From: Podarcis tiliguerta | Lineage: Eukaryota | Length of the DNA: 64,000 nucleotides | Strand: one strand, 5' to 3' | Assembly: GCA_965153285.1 (NCBI GenBank) | Contig: OZ229110.1 | Shown: positions 26,001-39,900 of the stretch, one piece after another | Position numbering within the stretch: the first letter of the stretch is position 1 | Layout of the letters: each line of letters opens with the position of its first letter | The notes under the pieces: model-generated | What the model was told of the DNA's origin: nothing | Seen by the model: the letters and a program-made list of their open reading frames with translations, nothing else | Database searches by the model: none | Program-made: the position numbers and the translations under genes

Positions 26001-29000
26001 TCACTTGGGTCCAAGCCATACCATCACATGTTTCAGGGATGAGGCAAGGTATGTCACCTCACAGAGTAAAGCAGAAATCAACAACTGGAGAGGGTGAAAC
26101 TGACAAGGGAGTAAGGGAGCTGAGTGCTGTGCAGTTAACATAGGCCTTGCTGAGGCAGTGAAGTGCTGAGCATAAACAGAATGTCCAGGAGTGAAGATGA
26201 TGTGAAAGAATTTCAATAGAGCTTCTTGATGTTCTGAAGGCTGGGAGAAAAGCCAGTCAGGATTTGACTAGAAGGCATAGGAGCGTTTAAAGGACTAGTT
26301 CACAAATGCATGCACATCACTTGATGACTACAGTATCAAATGGTGATTCCATGAGTAAACTGGCCCAGTGGCGGAGGAAGGGGGTGCAGGTCTCCCCAGG
26401 TGTCATCACTGAGGGGGATGGCATAATGACAAAAATATGAGTTTTTTAAAATAAAAATTGGGCTCATGAAACTTTTTAGTTCAGTCAACAAACGTAATGA
26501 AACGCGGCTGGTACTGGGCGCTACACCACAGGGGCCGGCACTTACCACGGGGCCTGCAGCGTGCCCGAGCCACATGTCTCTACTGGGAGTGACGTGGTGG
26601 CTTGGGCGCCTGCAGGCTCTGTGCTGCCTGAAACGGCAGCATAGGACTTGCATCTGCCCTTTGCCTCTCCCTCAGCCGTTCTACAGCTGAGGGGGAGATG
26701 GCAGAGAGGCTCCATAAAGCCCACTCCGCCCCCATGGGTGGCTTGTCCCACCCCCAGCTGCAGGATTTGCGTGCCGCACCCAGCACCCAAGTGGCTAGCT
26801 ATGCCGCTGAATGGGCCATCACAAATCAAATACAGTGGTACCTCGGGTTACATATACTTCAGGTTACATATGCTTCAGGTTACAGACTCCACTAATCCAG
26901 AAATATTACCTCGGGTTAAGAACTTTGCTTCAGGATGAGAACACAAATCGTGCTCCAGCAGCACAGCGGCAGCAGGAGGCTCCATTAGCTAAAGTGGTGC
27001 TTCAGGTTAAGAACAGTTTCAGGTTAAGAACAGACCTCCAGAACAAATTAAGTTCTTAACCTGAGATATCACTGTACCACAGACAATGTTTTCATGCCAT
27101 TCCATATCACCACACATAAACTTTTCAAAAGAATCAGTTCACATATTCTCCTCTGTATCATCAACTGATGAGAAATCTAGTGTTGCACATGTATGAGCTC
27201 ACTGGCTTTAAGACTTCTGTGTCAGATGAATGTCTGAACTCAATGAGTAGTATTCTGTGATAGGTAAAGGTAAAGGGACCCCTGACCATTAGGTCCAGTC
27301 ATGACCGACTCTGGGGTTGCAACGCTCATCTCGCTTTATTGGCCGAGGGAGCCAGCGTACAGCTTCCGGGTCATGTGGCCAGCATGACTAAACTGCTTCT
27401 GGTGAACCAGAGCAGCACACGGAAACGCCGTTTACCTTCCCGCTGGAGCGGTACCTATTTATCTACTTGCACTTTGGTGTGCTTTCGAACTGCTAGGTGG
27501 GCAGCAGCAGAGACCGAGCAACGGGAGTTCACCCCATCATGGGGATTCGAACCACGACCTTCTGATCGGCAAGTCCTAGGCTCTGTGGTTTAACCCACAG
27601 CGCTACCCGCGTCCCAAGTATTCTGTGATAGTCCTACTCAAAGTAGACCCACAGAAGTTAATGGCCAGAAGTAACTTGGGTTCATTAATTTCAATGGGTC
27701 TAGTCTGAGTAGGAATACTTCCGTCATCTCCTGGATCTAAATATAGATAAATATTTTCCCCTTTTATTCACATACACGCCACATGATACTTCATTTTGCT
27801 TTGAAGCATAATGCTTATAATCCTGAGTTGCTTGCAAGTAATGTTGATTTCCCTTTCCAGTTACGAACCAAAATGTAAGACTGACAATAGTGAAACTCAG
27901 AACTGAAAATCCAATTTGGGTCAGCAATTATTGTATTGCTAAAATGGCCTGAAGGCACATGATACAATTCTCCTGCTGAAGCCAAGTACATTGAGCCCCT
28001 GCCTGCTAAAGGATGAGAGATGACACTGAACGGGATATAAGTTAGTCTGAAAAAAAGTTACAAGTGAAATCTAATCTAGTCAAATTGAGAAACAGTAGGA
28101 AAAGGATAATTGACTTGGAATGGATTGTTTTTAATAAGAGCATTTTCCACTTCCCCAGAATTGCATGTTTGACACCTGCAACTGTGAAAGAAGTGAGGAT
28201 TGCATGTGTGCTGCCCTCTCTTCCTATGTTAGAGCCTGTGCAGCTGAAAAAGTAGAGCTTCCAGGATGGAGGACCAATGTCTGTGGTAAGTCTTCTAAAC
28301 AGCCATCTCGGGTCTTAAAATGAAAGAACTTTTTGTGCCAATGAATCTTAGCATTTTCCTTGTCTTGCTGGGTTCTCTTGGTGATGGTCTGGAGTAACAG
28401 ACTTCAGGACACATCCCCCCCCCCCCAAAAAAAAAATTCCATTTTTTTTTAATGATGGATCTAGTCATGGGCATTCATGCCTTGATTTTATCCAGGCTAG
28501 GTTTCTGCAATGCACTCTATGTGGAGATGCCTTCCAAAAGCATCTGGGAGCTGCAGATTTCACAATGCAGCAGCCACGCTACTATCTGAGGTGAATGTAT
28601 GGAACACATCACTAATACTACTCTAATTTCACTGGCTATCTGCTTCTGGTCTCAATTCCAAGTACTGGTCTTAACCACTAAATTCATAGTCTGGGACCTG
28701 GATACCTAAAGGATTGCCCTCACCCATAAGAACCTGCCCTTGCAAGTTCTGCTCTGTGTCTCCTTGATGCTCTGTGGCAGATAGGTACTAGGGACAGAGC
28801 ATTTTTAGTTGTGGCACCCTCACTATGAAATGCCCTCCTGAAGGTCTGCCTGGCTTCTGTTTCAGCAGGCATTTAGCTATCTATATAACCACATGTATTC
28901 TTCCTTTAGTAATTTAACTTATTTTTTAATTATTATTTTTTTGTAAACTACTGTGTGTATGTCTGTATGTCTGTGTCTTAGGACGAAAAGGCAGGTCACA

Positions 29001-32000
29001 GAAATGCTTTCAATCAATCAATCAAACTGTTTGTTTTTCTCTTTCCAGCCAGATACACCACTTCATGCCCCAAATCCCTGAATTACAGCTATTCCATCAG
29101 TTCTTGTCAACCTACTTGCCGATCTCTGAGTGAACCTGATGTTACCTGCAATGTCAAATTTGTCCCAGTTGATGGATGCACCTGTGAAACTGGAACCTAC
29201 ATGGATGATTATGGAAAATGTGTACCTGCTAACAAATGCCCATGCTATTACAAAGGAACGTCAATACTCTCCGGTGAAGTGCTCCATGATGTTGGTGTTT
29301 TGTGGTAAGAGGATTCAAGCTGCTGCCTTTAACTTTTTAGTACAGCCTTCACCAACCTGGTGCCCTCCAAATGTTAGGGACTACAACTCATAGCAAAGGC
29401 TCTTCTAGCATTATCAGAATACATGACTAAGTAGTGCCGGTATCTGGAATGCTTGCATTTTGTCCCAGATTCTTTTATCGCTACCTAACTAATTTCCCCT
29501 CCATATCTTATAAGTAAATAGACCAAAATGCCTAAATACATAATGAGCAACAGAATTTAGAAAAACATCCAAATTAGTGACCTGTATGGTCCCATTTTCA
29601 GATTCTAAATATCCCTAAATAACTGGTATTTCTGGAGTAAACCCAACTGCTCTACTCTGTATAGGGCACAACTACAGACTCACAACTTGAAGGCTCCAAG
29701 TTTTGAAGCACAACCAGAAAGTGAATGCTAAAGCAAACCTAATTCCTCTTTCTTTTACATAGCACATGCAGCCAAGGAAAGTTGAACTGCATTGGTGATG
29801 GGGACACAAAACAGGGTAAGGAGAATATACCTATATATGTAAAATATGTTATATATACTTACTTTCCATCTTGGAAAGTTGCAGACAATTGGGCTATGTT
29901 CCTTATTTTGTTAAAAGCCTTTTATATTGTAGATGGCTACAAAATGACAACTGGGCACAATGATTAAATATTCACTGGAAAACCATATTCATTAAAAGCT
30001 TCAAGTTAATACGGGCTTCATAGTTAATTATATAATAGTTCCACAAACCATAGCAGACTTCTGTTCAAAAGGTTTGTTTGAGGTCTTCCTGTTCTGTGGT
30101 ACCCAAGCCTGTCCTTTCATCTCTTACACATTTTCTCTCCTTTTGCCCTGCTAGTCTGCGTTGCCCCCATGGTCTACTTTAACTGCAGAAATGCCACTGC
30201 AGGCCAAACTGGAGCTGAATGCCAGAAAAGCTGTCAGACTCTTGATATGCACTGTGTAAGTATGCAGGACTGGATGATCTTTTAAGAGACTGTGCTATCA
30301 ATCAGAACGCCCTTTGCTTTTGCCATGAACTTATTAGCTGACCTTGGACAAGGCACTCTCCTGTCCTCACCCTCTTCCCCATCTAGAGTAGGGGGTGAGG
30401 GATCTCAGGATGTTAGCTGAACAGGGCCCTCCCAGCCTCCGTATCCTTAGGCCTCTTTTCAGCCCATTCCCCTCCCTGGTCCTGCTTCGTGTCCTCAAGT
30501 GCTTTTGCTTGTTTGGAATGTGTTTTGAACTGTGACAAATGCCTATTGCTTGTCTGGATGAAGGATGGAAGATGGAGAAGTGTGTGAACCTCTGCCTTTT
30601 GCATGATCAGAATGTAGACTACTGTACATAAGGTTAGGGTTACATCTGTTGCTCCACTCACATTTACCTCTGACCCAACCTACCACTGGCATGAAAATCC
30701 TGGAAGGTTGTCAACAAGAAAGGTGGACCTCAGACTGAAAACATTCCCCATCCCTGAGCTGCAGGATTATAATGCATATATTGGAACTTTGCATAATTTC
30801 TTACTTATTTCATTAAATATACATACCACTAAATTTAAAACACACACACACCTACAAGTGGTTTACAAAAAAAAAGCAGGGGATAAACATGGGATCTTCC
30901 ATTCTCTTCAGTGTCAGGGAAGGAACTGTCTTCTCATGCACCAGCATCAAAGTTAAGTGGACCAGCCACTGCTCATTCAAACCTTAATGTATACACTGGA
31001 GACCTCCCGCCTTGCAAATTGGGGCTCCTGGGTATGCAAAGGAGCTGCTGAATTAGGTGTCAGTTCACAATTTAACAAGCATAGGCTTTCGCCTACTTGA
31101 ATTCCCACAGCCTACAGTCTTTTGATCCAGCCCTGTTTTAGTGGAATAATTCAATTGTTATCAGCATTATTCTCTCTTCTGAAGTAATGCTTTCTTGGCT
31201 TTTACAGTATAGCACACAGTGTGTCTCTGGCTGCATGTGCCCTGCTGGGCTGGTGTCAGATGGTAAAGGGGGCTGCATCGCTATGGAAGAGTGTCCATGC
31301 ATTCACAATGATGCCACATATCAGCCAGGAGAGAAGATTAAAGTCAACTGTAACACCTGGTAAGGACTTCTTGCAGAAAATGCCTCTTGTTACCATCATC
31401 TTATATGTTCCTAAAATAACTAACACAAAAAATATAAATAATTATCAAGTTGAATAACAGGTTGGCAGATATACATAGGGTCATTTCACGTATTACACTA
31501 TTATGCATGTACACCAGAGTTTACTCTCTAATGTACACCTATGTATACTATAAATAACTAAAGAAATAAATACCTAAAAATATTATGTGGTTATGACATT
31601 TTTTAATTAATAAATGTGTATTCTATTTGTCAAATTAAATTTTCCAGGTTGACTTATGTAAAATCCACATACAACAAACAACATCATGAAAGGCAGCAGA
31701 TAAAAGCATAATTAAAAACAGTCAATTCAGACTTTAAAGTTCGTTAAAAGGCCATAGACAACAAAGTGGCCCTCATCTGTTGCCAAAGAAACATAGTAGC
31801 ATGGGCACCAGCTAAACCACTCTGGCTGTTCCTTAGATGGGCTGTGACCACTGAACAAGCTTCCTTCCTGGTCACCCCCTGCCACACCCCAAGTCTGTGG
31901 GCACACCTAGAAGAAAGCTTCTGATGGTAACTTTTGTGCATTGACAGGCTGATGTGGAGGTGAATGAGCCAAGTAACCAAATACAGCTGGATAGGAGGAA

Positions 32001-35000
32001 CTTCATATCCTCAGTAGCACAATGATACATTATACACACAGTCACACACATACATCTTGCTTATTTCTGAACAAATCAGGAAAGTGTTATAAGGGAGGTC
32101 TGGGCTTTTATAAGGCACCTGCTTGGCCAGTGTGAGAACAGATGCTGGACAGGATGGGCCATTGGCCTGATCCAGCAGACTCTTCTTATGTTCCCCTTAG
32201 GCTAGTCCACAATATGGTACAGTGAACTTGTAACCTTCTTGAGTGGCCTATGAAAGAACTTACATAGCTCATTTCTTTTAATTCCCATCTTTCTGATGTT
32301 TTACAGGTTGTAAGAAATAAGGCAGCTTCCCTTGCTCTCCCCTCCCCTCTCCACACATTGCCTATGATTAATTTAAGAGATAAGTCATTTAAGCCTGTGT
32401 TAAAGGAATACATGCCAGCTTATATCTGCGCAAACCAAGGAATCACTTTAAAATGCTCCATTTTCTCCCTTCTTCTCCCTCAGCGTATGTAAGAACAGGA
32501 TGTGGGAATGCACCAAGGACAGATGCCTAGGTACCTGTGCTGTTTATGGAGATGGGCATTATATCACCTTTGACGACAAGCGTTACATTTTCAATGGGAA
32601 ATGTGAATATACACTAGTTCAGGTACTGAGCAATTTGTCTTGGCCTTATGAATGGAGAATTAAGCTGAATACACCACAGAATGAAGTCATCTCTTCCCTT
32701 ATTTCACCCTCCCCTTCTTAGGATCACTGTGGACAGAACAACTCTGCCCCCGGAACATTCCGAGTCATCACCGAAAATGTTCCCTGTGGTACTACTGGAA
32801 CCACTTGCTCAAAATCTATTAAAGTCTTCTTTGGGGTGAGTAGCGTTACCAGTACTATTAGGGAACAGTATCGGGGTTTAGCATGAGATGATTTAATCTG
32901 CATACTAGGTTCCAAACAAGCAACTAAGTGAGGCAAGGAGGTGAACTGGAAAGAGAAAGTGAGGGCAGGAGAAGAGACTTCTATCCTCTCACCACCTACA
33001 GCCCCCCCCCCTCCCTCCTGCTAGTCTTGCACCTACTGAGCCTCTCACCTTCAGGCAAGCCAGCACCAGCAGTTGAGAGCAGCAGAGATAAGGCCACTGC
33101 TACAATTGTTTTAACTGTTTTTAATTTGTGTGGTTTGTTGTTGTTGTTTGTTTGTTTTTACTGAGTGAGGGGAGATGCGTTTGAAAAGAGAGGAGATTGA
33201 GGAGTGCCCTAATCAGAGTGGTTCAGGATAGGGGCGAGGTATAATGTGGGAGGCGGGGCAGACCGGGTAAGGGGCACATGTCACAGGCAGTTAGTGACTG
33301 TGCCATGTGCCAGCCTCTTCTCCAACCTGGGTAATTGTGGTTTTCATATCAGCCAGCCCTCGATTCTGCAGGCACTATTGCTGAATGCCAGGTCAGCTCT
33401 GAACAAGACCTTCCTCATCCCTGGTCTGATTATGAATGAGGAGGCCAATCCGTTCTGCATCACTGAGACCTAGGTGGATGAGCAGGGTGGAGTTGGGCTC
33501 ACACACACCAGTACTTGGTGCAGCATCAGGGCAGACTTGAGGCTCAGGGAGGGAAAGTTGCTCTGGTCTGTAGAAATTCTCTCTCTCTTGGCTTTCTGAG
33601 CAGTTGGAGGTGGGTGGCATCTAGAGTGTGTGATCCTGGCACTGGGCAACCAGGACAGATTAGGAGTTCTGGCTTACCACCCACCTCGCTGCCCAACAGT
33701 CTCCCTGCCTGAATTTTCTGCAACACATTATACGTAGGATTGATGGATGATGAGCACCAGTTTTTGTTTTTGAACATTGTAATGACTTTCCCCCATTATT
33801 TATTTTGCTCCCCCAGAACTATGATCTGATCCTCAGTGAGGAGCGCCATGAATTAATACAAAGGGGTGATGAAGGCCAAGTACCTTACAAGATTCGCTAC
33901 ATGGGCATGTATTTGGTTATTGAAGCAAACAATGGGCTGATCCTTTTATGGGATAAGAAAACCAGCGTATTTATCAAATTACGTGATGATTTCAAGGTGA
34001 TGCACTTTTTACCAGACTAGTGCCTCTTACATTTTAAGTTTAAATGTGCATAATTTAGATGCAAATCCCACTCATTTCCATGACAATTATTTCAATTGTA
34101 AGTGTGCTTAGAGTCACACCTTAAGAGCTGATTTTCAAGACAGAAACCATGGGGAGGTCATCTGAAATAGCCTCTGCAAAAAGGATGGTTCATAAGGGAA
34201 ACTACTTCATATGCCTTGTCTCTTTGGTATATATTGGTTCCTGGCATGACTGGCTTTCATGCAACTGCCTCCACCGGGATTATTTGAAGATGACATGGGG
34301 CATATCAAACAAACAGGGCTATTCCACAGGGAGCTGCTGCCACATGGAAGAAGTTGCAAACAGCCTTTGCTTGACATCCATATTGTATAAAGTATCATTA
34401 GTAAACAGGTATATGATTCTGATTTAGATGAGTATCTGTTTGCAACCTCACCTTGCAAGCATCTACTTTTTAACTGACCCAGAAAACACCATGTTTTGAT
34501 AAGGAGACCAAATATAATAGTTCTGTTATCATTTCAAAATATGAGCAATGTTTGAACATTTCAATGAATTTTATACCAATGCAGTATATTTTTCATATAT
34601 ATCTGCTGCCCTTTTGATCCCCATATGGCAATAAGACAGAGAAGTTATGAATAGACAATAACTTGTAGATTAACAATAACTGAGAAATCAAACACAATAT
34701 AAAATTCTTCTTTTTTTTGTATTTTTGAACAAATGCAAAATAATCTTCATAGGAAGGAAAGAAAAAACAAATCTCTTACCTCTAGGCACACATGGCTTGT
34801 GTTTTCTAAATGCAACAAATAATGATAGTTTCCTGTAATAAGAGATGGCAGCGTGTTAATTAACTAAATGGGAGAAAATCAAAAATTAAGTTGGGCTAAG
34901 AGGTTCGTGCAATTTATCTGTAATTCAAGTGTTTTCATTGCTTCTTTGTGCAGGGTCAGGTCTGTGGTTTATGTGGGAACTATGATGGCAATGGAATGAA

Positions 35001-36947
35001 TGACTTCACTACCCGGAGTCAGTCTGTAGTAAGTGATGTGCTGGAGTTTGGTAATAGTTGGAAGGTGTCTCCCACATGTCCTGAAGCCAAATGCACAAAG
35101 GATCCTTGCTTCAAGAACCCTTACAGAAAGTCCTGGGCACAGAAGCAATGCAGCATCATCAACAGCAAGGCCTTTGCTGCCTGCCACTCTCAGGTATACC
35201 TTGCAGCAGAACTATCTTGAAGTCTAGAATTTTTCAGGTGTTCACCACAATTCCTGAGCAATTACAAGTCTATAATTATACATGTGGTGGTTTCATGGAT
35301 TTCAACAGTCCATTACAGAAGGCACGTAACACCCTACAGGATGTCACCAACTCTGAAGACTGTCTAGCAGCACCTTTAAGTAGTGCCTTTAACAACCCTC
35401 TACTATGTGTCCCACTGCTGTCATATTTTAGATTTTGGAGTGTGTTCAGTGTAAATGTTTATCACTAGATCCTGTTTCTAATGCTTTGGATTGTGAAGAA
35501 GCCATTTAGAAAAATACTAATAAGAAGAATTCAGCCTAAGTCAAGACAGACCATTCAGAAAATTAGCTTATGCTGATATCTTTTCTTCCTGTTTTAAACG
35601 GAAGTCCCTAACTGACTGTTACGACCCAATTTATTGCCTTCTTTTGCTAATCAATTCTTGATGTGAATATTCAACTATGGAACTTTTACCACCCCAATAC
35701 AGCAGGCAAGATAGGTGTGCATAAATGGAATTTTGCTTACAGGCCTGTATTTGTGCCAATGCAAAAAGATAATGGGAGGGCAGTTCCAGGTCTGTGCAGC
35801 GTTTTGGAGGGAAAGAGTGGGTATGGGAGTCAGTCTGGATACCCCTTCCCCTCCCCTCCTCTCTCCAAGAGGTGATCCACGCTGCCTGAATGAGCAGTGC
35901 TCATATTCTTCAGCAAGTTGCATGAGCACACCAGTCGGTGTACAGTCTTCTGTGTGAACACTCTATCTTCACCACTTAGAGCAAAGTGTGAAAGGATGTT
36001 AAATGTGCCTTCCCATCGCACCTGAAGGTTTTGGGGGTATTTTTTAAAATGCAACTAGCACTCCCTGAAAGGACACTTTTCATGGATAGACATTTTAGAT
36101 GTGAACTTCTCGCTGACTTTGAATTTCTTACGTTCCTTATGTTTTGGTTTTTGTTACACTGTATGCAAATATTTAATGTACAGTGGTACCTCAGGTTACA
36201 TACACTTCAGGTTACACACTCCGCTAACCCAGAAATAGTGCTTCAAGTTAAGAACTTTGCTTCATGATAAGACCAGAAATCGGGCTCCGGCGGTGTGGCG
36301 GCAGCAGGAGGCCCCATTAGCTAAAGTGGTGCTTCAGGTTAAGAACAGTTTCAGGTTAAGAACGGATCTCCGGAATGAATTAAGTACTTAACCCAAGGTA
36401 CCACTGTAAATAGAATCAGCTGGTGTGGTGGAGGGGCTGATAATTACTGTTTACACATTAAATGCAAAGATGCATTCAGGCCTCATATTTAGTTTGGCCC
36501 TTTGGATCTTTTGCACACTAGCCAACAGTCTATGAAAGCAATTGCAAACCCAGGGGGTGGGGATATTACCAACAACTTCTCAAACACACTATCTCCCGTG
36601 GAACAAACTTAGGAAATGTCAGCAGGACCCATAGCTGATGCTTCAATGTTTTAACAGGTTGAGCCAACGAGATATTACGAAGCTTGTGTAACTGATTCCT
36701 GCGCTTGTGACACGGGGGGAGATTGTGAATGCTTCTGTACAGCTGTAGCTGCGTATGCTCAAGCATGTAGTGAATTTGGAGTGTGCATATCATGGAGAAC
36801 ACCATCATTCTGTCGTGAGTACTGGACCACACTTGAATGTATACTGGAAGTGGGAGGAGGGTGAAGGGGAAATGAGATATTAGCTTCAAGATAATTTTTC
36901 CATTAGATATATATGACAATAAACAGCACACTGAAGAAAATGTCTGG

Positions 36948-36986
<39 letters not shown>

Positions 36987-39900
36987 ACAGTACTGTGAAT
37001 ACCTTCAATGAATCAGCAACTGCCTAATGTAGGATTATTGATATAACTATGTTGCAGTAAATAGAAATAACTACATTCATTTTCAGTGCTTTCTTCATGC
37101 CTTTGCTTCCCACCTTCTTATCAGTTTAGGTATTGGCCTCATGAGCATACTTTGTCATGGTGCCCACCATTAGTTTAATGGCATTGACAGCAATACAGAT
37201 CCATGGTGGAATGTCTGGTCCTCAACTTTTTCTTTCGGTTCCCCTTAGCAATGTTCTGTGATTATTACAATGATGAACGTGAATGTGAATGGCACTACAA
37301 GCCTTGTGGAGCCCCATGCATGAAGACATGCAGAAACCCAAGCGGGAGATGCCATTATCAGTTGCCTGGCTTGGAAGGTAAGAAGACTTCTAGTGACTTA
37401 TAGGGTCATTAAGCCAGCTATGCACAACATTTAATAGGTTTCAAATTTGGGGGAGTGTTGTTGGTTGTCTAAACCAATAGAAAATAGGTCACCTTGTGTT
37501 CTCATCTTTTTGGGTTTCAAATGGCTTGCAGTCAGGCTTAAATTATATGAGCCAGCCTAGATGTGATCAAGGGCTCATTCAACACACCTGCAAATGACCA
37601 CAACCTTTTTCCTTTCATGGAAACTTGGAAGCATGTGGAAAAGCTATTGGTGGAAAGATCCCAGCACTGGACCAGATGACAAATATTAATTAAAATACCC
37701 CTCCCCCAAAGTAAATTAAATGGAATTGCTTTTTGACAGATTTTATATATTGCTCTTATCTCCCTCACACCTTCCTTTGTCTCAGGCTGCTACCCACACT
37801 GTCCAGCAGACAGGCCTTATTTCAATGAGGATGAGATGACGTGTGTTGATGTGTGTGGCTGTTATGATGATCAGGGTAACTATCATCCACTAGGAAAAAC
37901 ATTTGACTCAAGAAAGACATGTCAGGCATGGTAAGTATGTATAGCTTGACAACACTAAGAGAAATGATCAATTACAGTAGCACCTCCAGTTACGTTACTC
38001 TCGGTAACGTAAACTTCAGGTTGTGAAAGCGACAAATCTTTTCATCGGGTAGCGAAAACCTTGGGATCCGGCTGGACCTCCAGAATGGATCCCGTTCGCA
38101 ACCGGAGGTACTACTGTACTCTCTGTATACCCCTTGAGATGTTATTCTTGTTGATTCTAGAATGAATCTTGTTGCTCTGATTGCATCCTTTATCATATAC
38201 TCATAATATACCATTAGAATGAAGTATGTTGAGAATCTAATTGATTGAAGTAATATTTTAAATTGGATTTTACATATACAATAAATCCCAAAAACCAGAA
38301 CAAGAAAATTATTAGAATGTTCCTATTTGCAATTCAGTGTGAAAGTGGTAGATGAAATCACAGACAAGAAGTAGTACGGTAAATGAATGCTTAAGGGGGT
38401 AGGGGAAAAACTATGAAATTAACTTCCAGACCAAACTAAGTAGAAAATAAATAGCAGAATGCAGTTTTATGATTCCTGGGTCTCACATTTTCCTATCTTT
38501 TTTTTACAGTACATGCACCAGTAAAGGCATAGAGTGTAACTATGATGCCAAAGGTAAGCTGTATGTAGTGAGTTATGAATGGCACCTTATATCATATTTC
38601 ATATGATGTTACCTGACCATTCTTACTCTGTCAATTTTCAGCATGCTACTGCTATTATGAAGGAAAGACATATATCTACAAGGATGTCATCTACAACACC
38701 ACAGATGGCTTGGGCTGGTGCATGATTGCAACGTGTGATGTCAATGGAACAATCCACAGAGAACTATTCAGATGTGCTGGGACTACCACAATACCACCTA
38801 CAGTTTCAACTACAACAACAAGTGAAGCAGGTATTTCAGTCCAAATCTTTTGCTTCAACTCTTTCCAAACTTCGCTGAGAGAAGTTCCATTGAACACAGT
38901 GAATAATACTTCTGAGTAGACATGCACTACACCAAAGAGCAGAGAAACAGTTCCTACCACTGCAGTAGTAGGACAAATAGCACCACATCTTGGGTCAGCT
39001 GTTAAAATCAGAGGTGCCATACAACACCACACAAAGGGACAAATTCAACTAAATACTTCTGTTAATAGAGCCAGCACAAATGAGTCCCACTAGTGCAACA
39101 GGGCCTGTACTAATGGAGCAATCTCCTTAGCGCTACTTAGGTATTTGAGCCAGCTCCATAACATAATTTTTTACCAATTATCTCAACCAAACTAGATGTA
39201 AATGCAACATGATCAAAAGCAAGCATTTATAAACAAAGTATGTAAGAAAATGAAGAGATAATGAAAAACTTTACAAATCTTCTATAACATAGGAAAACAT
39301 CCCCAAATACACCATATTCATATTTTTTGTTACATGTTGCATATATTATTTTAAAATAAAAATATACAAGATGGAAATCAACATGAAGTTAAGTTGAAGG
39401 TTCAATCGGCGCAAGCATGGCAGCTCCCCAGATGGAATGATCCACTTCCACCAATGTGCTCTTCTGGTTGCCCCCGCCCCCCAATCCCTGCCTCATCTAC
39501 AGAAAAAACTTGGGAGAGAGGTTACATGGGAGAAGGAGAGAGGAGGCAGAGAACAGATAGGGAGATTTATGACCTAAATAAACCGGATTAAAATAACCAG
39601 TGATGTTGTTTCTTACAGAATCCACTACAGCGCAAACAACAGTATGTGTCCATAGAACATGTGAATGGACAGAATGGTATGATGTCAGCTACCCTAAATT
39701 TGGACGAGAGAATGGGGATTATGAAACACCAGAGAAAATAAGAGATAGAGGAAACAAAGTATGTAAAATGCCAGATGAAGTGGAATGCAGAGCTCAGCGC
39801 TTTCCTAATGAAAGCATAGAAACCCTCGGACAAAAGGTACAATGTTCCAAGTCTAGCGGTTTGATATGCAACAATAAGGATCAGACACCACCAATCTGCC

